Assembly (NCBI GenBank): GCA_051251915.1
Contig: JBPOGF010000014.1
Span: forward strand, 1 to 64,000
Direction: 5' to 3'
Source of the DNA: Akkermansiaceae bacterium
GTDB taxonomy: Bacteria > Verrucomicrobiota > Verrucomicrobiia > Verrucomicrobiales > Akkermansiaceae
Length of the DNA: 64,000 nucleotides
Shown here: one piece after another, positions 58,850 to 64,000 of the stretch
Numbering within the stretch: position 1 is the stretch's first letter
Layout of the letters: every line of letters begins with the position of its first letter
The notes under the pieces: model-generated
What the model saw: the letters and a program-made list of their open reading frames with translations, nothing else
Database searches by the model: none
What the model was told of the DNA's origin: nothing
Position numbers and translations under genes: made by a program

Positions 58850-60523
58850 CTATTCGAATTCCATTGCGGGAATGTTTGCCTTGGTAACAGCATCGTCCAT
58901 CCAGGCGCGGAAGACTGAGTCTTGTAGCATTTCAGATCTTGCGTTCTGGATGCGGACACGCATGTCGACGGCTTCAGCGGTGTCGACCACTTCTCTTTTA
59001 TGGAGGTAGACGAGGATGACTTGATCATCTTCTTCAATGTTTTTCTCAGAGAATGACTTGTTGCTAGTGATGGTTGCGTTTTCGAAGATTTCATACTCAG
59101 AGCCAGTTATTTGGCCGTTGATGTCTTTTCCGAGGTTTGCGTAAGTGACGCCGGTTCTGACATCAGCTTCGAGGTCAATGCTTTCAGCGGCATCTTCAGC
59201 AGAAGTCCCGTCAGCGATGCTTTTAGCGAGTTTCTCTTTAAGGTTCTTTACGTCTTCGATCATTGCTGTGTGTGCTTTGTCTTGGATGTAGTCCGCTTTA
59301 GCGAGTTCTTTAGCTTCTTCGTAAGTCTTGGTTACTGGCTTCATTTCCTCGTCATATCTTACGTAGAACCAGCCGTTGCCTTCTAGCTTGATTGGTGCAG
59401 GGATGCGGTATTTGAGGGAGTCTGAGATTTTGATTTGGAAAACACGATCTGCGATTGAGTCACCATCTTTTGAGTTGAGTAGCTTTAGGTCAGCTGGCAC
59501 ATCTTTCGTTGAGAAGAGTTCAGTAGAGGTAAGTTTTAGTCCCTTATTAGTGATTTCTTCTTCAAATTTGAGGCCGTCAGAGTTATCGACCAAGTATGCG
59601 AGGTCATCGAGTTTAGCTGCGACTAGGTTGTCTGCTGGCTTCTCAACTTCTAGTTCCCATTTTGCGAGTTCAGCTTGGAAGGCTTCGTCGATTTTAGCGA
59701 ATTCTTCATCGGTGGCATCTGCTGCACGTACTGGTGCAACGGGTCTCGGTGTAGAGTATACTGGGCGCTCAACTATATAGCTGATGCGGATGGTGCGGTC
59801 TGTTAGGTATTTGAAGTCGTTCTCAGTCCAGTATGCTTTGATTTCTTCTTCAGTTGGCTTGATCTCTTTCTTGTAGCGGTCGATGTCGATTGCGATGCTA
59901 GTGAGGTCTAGTGTTTGCTGTTGGAACTTGATGGAGCGAGCAGTTAGGTTATTTGGTGACTGGAGTCCGCTAGAGATAAGGTTTTTGAGGCGGTCGTAGA
60001 CGAGTGACTCCGCTACGAGGTTGACGAAATCTTCCTCCTGAAGTCCGGATGAGCCGATCTCCTTGATGAATGCTTGATAGGACGCCGCATTGAAGTTTCC
60101 GTCTTGGGCAAACATTTGTTCTTTGATGTGCTTCTTAGCTTGCTCGGTAGATGGGTAGATGCCGTATTCTGCGGCAGTCTTAGCGACTACGATACGTCTA
60201 GTGACGAATCTCTGCGCATCTTGTGTGCTAGTGCCCATGCGGTAGAAACCAAATTGGGCATACATGTCTAGCTGGCGATTATAAATCATATCTAGAGCGT
60301 ATCCAGTGAGTCCTGGGTCTTGTAGTTGTTTAATCACGCCGAGTGAGTTGAAGCCCATTTTTCTGAACTGGATTTGGTCAATACCTTCACCATAGACCTC
60401 AGTTACTTTGCCTCTGCCTCCAGAGTTAGCGTTGAAATTCCCCATTGTGAGGATGAGTCCGGCTGCGAGCAGGACGAGGACTACGACCATGAGGCCGGTG
60501 TATTTGCGCATGTTTTCGATCAT
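58850..60523 (-). CDS. PpiD/SurA-N-domain periplasmic chaperone
   Basis: MIENMRK plus TM anchor; DGNFNAASY; PTEEEIKAYW; KTYEEAK. Confidence 0.75.
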   Translation of the reverse strand: MIENMRKYTGLMVVVLVLLAAGLILTMGNFNANSGGRGKVTEVYGEGIDQIQFRKMGFNSLGVIKQLQDPGLTGYALDMIYNRQLDMYAQFGFYRMGTSTQDAQRFVTRRIVVAKTAAEYGIYPSTEQAKKHIKEQMFAQDGNFNAASYQAFIKEIGSSGLQEEDFVNLVAESLVYDRLKNLISSGLQSPNNLTARSIKFQQQTLDLTSIAIDIDRYKKEIKPTEEEIKAYWTENDFKYLTDRTIRISYIVERPVYSTPRPVAPVRAADATDEEFAKIDEAFQAELAKWELEVEKPADNLVAAKLDDLAYLVDNSDGLKFEEEITNKGLKLTSTELFSTKDVPADLKLLNSKDGDSIADRVFQIKISDSLKYRIPAPIKLEGNGWFYVRYDEEMKPVTKTYEEAKELAKADYIQDKAHTAMIEDVKNLKEKLAKSIADGTSAEDAAESIDLEADVRTGVTYANLGKDINGQITGSEYEIFENATITSNKSFSEKNIEEDDQVILVYLHKREVVDTAEAVDMRVRIQNARSEMLQDSVFRAWMDDAVTKANIPAMEFE

Positions 60524-60640
60524 GATATTTTACTTGTTTGAAATTGGTTATGACGAGGAGCCGGTGGGCTTGCTCGTAGTAGTGCGGAGCTTTTAGGCTG
60601 AGAATCCCACGGAATCAACCGTGAAATGCGGGAATATGGA

Positions 60641-61729
60641 TTAAATTTTACCCATTTGGGCTCTCTGTCTCAGCATGTGGTCGCAGATGATGATGTTTGC
60701 CATTGCTTCTACCATTGGGACTGCTCTTGGGAGCACGCAGGCATCGTGTCTGCCGCGTCCTTTGAGGAGAGTTTCCTCGTGGTCTGAGGTGATGGTGGGC
60801 TGCTCGCTCATGATGGTGGCGGTGGGTTTGAACGCGACGCGGAAAATGATGTTTTCGCCGTTGGATATGCCGCCTTGGACGCCGCCTGAGCGGTTGGTCT
60901 TGGTGCGGACGTTATTGCCGTCCATGTAGAAGTGATCGTTGTGCTCGCGGCCGGTCATGAGGGTGCCTGAGAAGCCGGAACCGATTTCAAATCCCTTGGT
61001 GGCTGGGATGCTCATCATGGCTTTTGCAAGTTCGGCTTCTAGTTTATCGAAGACGGGGGCGCCTAGGCCTGCTGGGCAGTTGCGGATGACGCATTCGACT
61101 ACGCCACCGACAGAATTTCCGTCTGAGCGGACTTCTTTGATGAGATCGATCATGGAATCAACCACAGCGGCATCACCGGTGCGGACGATGTTGGATTCGA
61201 TGTCTTCCGTGGTTACTGTATCTGGATTTACATCTGCATTGATGTGCTGGATGGATTTCACCCAGGCTAAAATTTCTAGATCTGGACAGAGTGAATGGAT
61301 TACTTTCTGGGCGACTGCGGCAGCAGCTACACGGCCAATGGTCTCTCTAGCAGATGCTCTGCCGCCACCGTGCCATGCTCTGAAGCCATACTTGGCGTCG
61401 TATGTGTAGTCGGCGTGTGATGGGCGGTATTTGTCCTTCATCTCGGTGTAGGATGATGGGCGTTGGTCTTGATTTCTGACGAGGATGCCGATAGGGGTTC
61501 CGAGGGTTTTGCCTTCTGATGTTCCGGAGAGGATCTCGCAGACGTCACCTTCTTTACGCGGGGTGACGATTTCGCTTTGGCCTGGGCGGCGTCTATCGAG
61601 TTCTTTCTGGATGTCCTCTTCTGAGAGTTCTATCATGGGTGGGCAACCATCGATGTTAACGCCCACGCCGACACCGTGGGATTCTCCCCAGGTGGAAATA
61701 CGGAAATTCTGACCAAGTATGCTAGACAT
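60641..61729 (-). CDS. aroC: Chorismate synthase
   Basis: [31 protein letters not shown]. Start placed at MSSILG. Confidence 0.98.
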   Translation of the reverse strand: MSSILGQNFRISTWGESHGVGVGVNIDGCPPMIELSEEDIQKELDRRRPGQSEIVTPRKEGDVCEILSGTSEGKTLGTPIGILVRNQDQRPSSYTEMKDKYRPSHADYTYDAKYGFRAWHGGGRASARETIGRVAAAAVAQKVIHSLCPDLEILAWVKSIQHINADVNPDTVTTEDIESNIVRTGDAAVVDSMIDLIKEVRSDGNSVGGVVECVIRNCPAGLGAPVFDKLEAELAKAMMSIPATKGFEIGSGFSGTLMTGREHNDHFYMDGNNVRTKTNRSGGVQGGISNGENIIFRVAFKPTATIMSEQPTITSDHEETLLKGRGRHDACVLPRAVPMVEAMANIIICDHMLRQRAQMGKI

Positions 61730-61800
61730 GGGTGGATAGATAAACGCAAAAGAGGAGAACTGCAACCCTTCTCTTTGTCCTCATAGAAGAGAGAATATAG

Positions 61801-62184
61801 CTACCAAAAGGAATCATCTTCACGGGCTTTGACTGTCTTGACGCAGTGCTCGGCTATTTCCCGGATGAGGTTCTCGTTTATCTCTTGGTTGTAGCGGATT
61901 TGGATCATGTGTTTGGTGGTTTTATACGGAGCTACTTTGTCTCTGAAATGATCCATTGTGACTTGTGTGGGAGTGAGGCCTAGATGGGCTTTAAATGCTG
62001 CAAATGCGAACATGAACCTTGGCTCGATGAAGAATGGGGTGTTCCATTTTAAGAGGGATTCGGCGCCTTCTACCTGTTCTGCTACGCTATTTAGAATAGC
62101 AAGTAATTGGAGCAAATGTGGTTGTCCGTCACTGGGCGCGGCGTTTATATACTCTTGAACGGTTTGAGGTTTCTCACTGGCCAT
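61801..62184 (-). CDS. DUF1801 (YdhG-like) protein
   Basis: TVQEYI, KWNTPFF, FAAFKAHLG. Confidence 0.85.
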   Translation of the reverse strand: MASEKPQTVQEYINAAPSDGQPHLLQLLAILNSVAEQVEGAESLLKWNTPFFIEPRFMFAFAAFKAHLGLTPTQVTMDHFRDKVAPYKTTKHMIQIRYNQEINENLIREIAEHCVKTVKAREDDSFW

Positions 62185-62240
62185 GTCTCAATTATTAATT
62201 AATTCATCCTCCAAATCAATCTCGAAACGAGAGTCACCAG

Positions 62241-62271
62241 TTGACATCTGATTCAAAATAAAGCATAAGAT
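62241..62271 (+). promoter_or_regulatory. Sigma70-like promoter
   Basis: Perfect TTGACA followed by CATAAG (17-nt spacer) or TAAGAT (19-nt spacer). Confidence 0.55.
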
Positions 62272-62272
62272 A

Positions 62273-62372
62273 GGCCTGTGCCAAACCGCAGGACGCTGGG
62301 GAAGGAGCAATCCGACCTTTCAGCGATTGTACAGAGGTCTCTGGGTTCTCCCCCGGAGGCCTCATTTTTTTT
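62273..62372 (+). ncRNA. Unidentified structured RNA (sRNA or riboswitch/attenuator) ending in an intrinsic terminator
   Basis: GC-rich stretch in an AT-rich spacer with two hairpins (one GNRA-capped), a 12-bp terminator stem and T8. Confidence 0.6.
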
Positions 62373-62427
62373 GTCACAGATTAAGGCTTCCTAACTTAAA
62401 TATTTCTCCGTAAAACAGCTCCATACT

Positions 62428-62901
62428 ATGATTGAAATAGAACATAAATTTCTCATCAAGAATGATGGGTGGAAGGAGTTTGCTAGTGCTGGGGTTCGGT
62501 ACCGGCAAGGATACATTGATACTGTGAATGGGACTACGGTTCGGGTGCGTATTGCAGGAGATAAGGGTTATCTTACGCTGAAGGGGCAGTTTGGTGGGGA
62601 GAGTGGGATTAGTAGGAATGAGTTTGAGTATGAGATTCCTTTAGTGGAGGCGGAGGCGATGATTGTGGAGTTTGTTGATAGTCCGCTGATTGATAAGTAT
62701 CGTTATCTGGTGACGCATCATGGGAAGACTTGGGAGATAGATATTTTTGCTGGAGATAATGCTGGTCTTGAGGTGGCGGAAATAGAGCTGACTTCTGAGT
62801 GTGAAAAATTTGATTTGCCTGGCTGGGTGGGGGAGTGTGTTTCGGATGATGAGCGTTATGCGAATGGTTATTTGGCGCGTACTCCGTTTAAAGATTGGTA
62901 G
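62428..62901 (+). CDS. CYTH-domain protein (triphosphate tunnel metalloenzyme)
   Basis: EIEHKFL, RVR, LTLKG, RNEFEYEI, WEIDIF, AEIEL. Confidence 0.93.
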   Translation: MIEIEHKFLIKNDGWKEFASAGVRYRQGYIDTVNGTTVRVRIAGDKGYLTLKGQFGGESGISRNEFEYEIPLVEAEAMIVEFVDSPLIDKYRYLVTHHGKTWEIDIFAGDNAGLEVAEIELTSECEKFDLPGWVGECVSDDERYANGYLARTPFKDW

Positions 62902-62985
62902 GTATTTAATTTTGAGCTGTGTTTGTGCTTCAGACAAATTTTCGAACTCCTGCATATGGTGCATGAGTTGCTGCGCGTAGGGGAG

Positions 62986-63576
62986 TTATTGCTTAGCAGC
63001 TAGGAGCTTCTCTGTGTATTTGGCTAGGAGATCTGCTTCTAGGTTGATGGGGGTGCCTAGTTCTAGGGTGTGGAGGTGGGTCTCACGGAAGGTGTGGGGG
63101 GTGATCCAGAAGGTGGCGGAAGTTTCACCGAGTTCGGCGATGGTGAGGGAGATTCCGTCGATGGCGATGCTGCCTTTGTCGATGCAGAACTTGTGGATCT
63201 CTGGAGGGAGTGAGATTTCTAGGCGGTGGTCTTGGCCGTGGATTGAGAGGTCGATGAGGGTGCCGGTGGCGTCTACGTGGCCTTGGACGAAGTGTCCGCC
63301 GAGTCTCTGGGTGGGTAGTAGGGCGCGCTCAAGGTTCACGGTGGAACCTACTTTGAGTGAGCCGAGGGAGGTGACTTTGAGGGTTTGGTGGAGGAGGTCG
63401 AATGAGGCGGTTCCGGGTGCTAGTTCGGCTACGGTGAGGCAGCACCCGTTGGTTGCTACTGAGTCGCCTAGAGCGAGTTCGCTAGCGAATGGGATGGCAA
63501 TTTTGTAGCGGGATTGGTCACCGAGGGTGGTGATCTCGGTGATGGTGCCTGTGGCTTCAACTAGTCCTGTGAACAT
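62986..63576 (-). CDS. ribE: Riboflavin synthase
   Basis: MFTGLVE, NGCCLTV, GGHFVQGHVD, DGISLT. Confidence 0.97.
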   Translation of the reverse strand: MFTGLVEATGTITEITTLGDQSRYKIAIPFASELALGDSVATNGCCLTVAELAPGTASFDLLHQTLKVTSLGSLKVGSTVNLERALLPTQRLGGHFVQGHVDATGTLIDLSIHGQDHRLEISLPPEIHKFCIDKGSIAIDGISLTIAELGETSATFWITPHTFRETHLHTLELGTPINLEADLLAKYTEKLLAAKQ

Positions 63577-63645
63577 ATGGGTGGTAATTGGTTATTTGTT
63601 ATTGTGCTGGGACGATGAAGCCTTGGTGTTTTGAGGGCTAGGTTG

Positions 63646-64000
63646 TTAGTTGCCGGGGCCTACTGGGTGGAGTTTGTTGGAGTTTCCTGGTAGGCTTGGA
63701 GTTTCTTTTGGGTGCTCAAGTTCGTATTGGATCTTAGGATCTTCGGTCATTCCTGATGATGGGAATAGCATGAAGCAGAGTCCCATGATGATGGTAGGAA
63801 CGAGAGCTGATAGAGCTAGTTTGAGTGGGGAGACTCCACCTTCGAAGTATTTGCCGAGGACGGATTGGCCAGCTGGGTTAGGAGCGTTGGCGATGACGGT
63901 GAGGCCACCACCGGTGACGGCACCTGCGAGGACGGCGTATTTGGCGGTGATGCCTAGACTTGGTGCTTGTGAGGCTAGGTAGGTGATGGCGGCATTGTCA
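63646..64000 (-). CDS. C-terminal part of a putative Na+/H+ antiporter (DUF1504-like); runs off the window
   Basis: Manual translation DNAAITYLASQ...AGAVTGGGLTVIANAPNPAGQSVL...; stop at 63646-63648. Confidence 0.8.
   Translation of the reverse strand, partial: DNAAITYLASQAPSLGITAKYAVLAGAVTGGGLTVIANAPNPAGQSVLGKYFEGGVSPLKLALSALVPTIIMGLCFMLFPSSGMTEDPKIQYELEHPKETPSLPGNSNKLHPVGPGN

Noticed and set aside
62273..62340. SRP RNA or glycine riboswitch identity for the structured RNA
   Set aside because: Only partial word matches (CAGG...GGAAGG AGCA; GAAGGAGCAA...CUUUCAG); spacing and flanking conserved elements do not fit either family.
499..63982. Numerous overlapping or antisense ORFs in the six-frame track
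   Set aside because: They are shadows of well-supported genes, caused by the strand bias, and have no recognisable motifs.
1..64000. tRNA or rRNA genes
   Set aside because: None recognised by eye.

Overview
Bacterial chromosomal window, most likely Verrucomicrobiota (Rubritalea-like, by inference from PEP-CTERM proteins, a PilX-like giant pilin, Cys-type sulfatases, GH95/GH128 and short-form MetRS). The + strand is strongly G/T-rich whatever the gene orientation, consistent with a leading strand. Housekeeping genes (dnaG, pdxH, pyrD, ybeY, lysS, metG, aroC, ribE) are interspersed with glycan-use genes, an ECF sigma/ChrR-like locus and a sensor kinase-regulator-PEP-CTERM-pilin module. A variable region (~9.0-18.4 kb) is bracketed by a 62-bp duplication of the 3' end of an RsmC-like gene and by ~178-bp composite direct repeats. 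It carries a foreign phosphodiesterase-TPR-sulfotransferase plus PEP-CTERM pair, a truncated BatE-like gene, an orphan antitoxin and a HEPN protein. The strongest novel signals are (1) an unannotated 71-codon membrane microprotein at 48644-48859 with two in-frame UGA codons, each followed by a SECIS-like hairpin (putative double selenoprotein), and (2) a promoter-structured RNA-terminator unit with a possible antiterminator upstream of a CYTH gene. All calls are from reading the sequence; no database searches were run.
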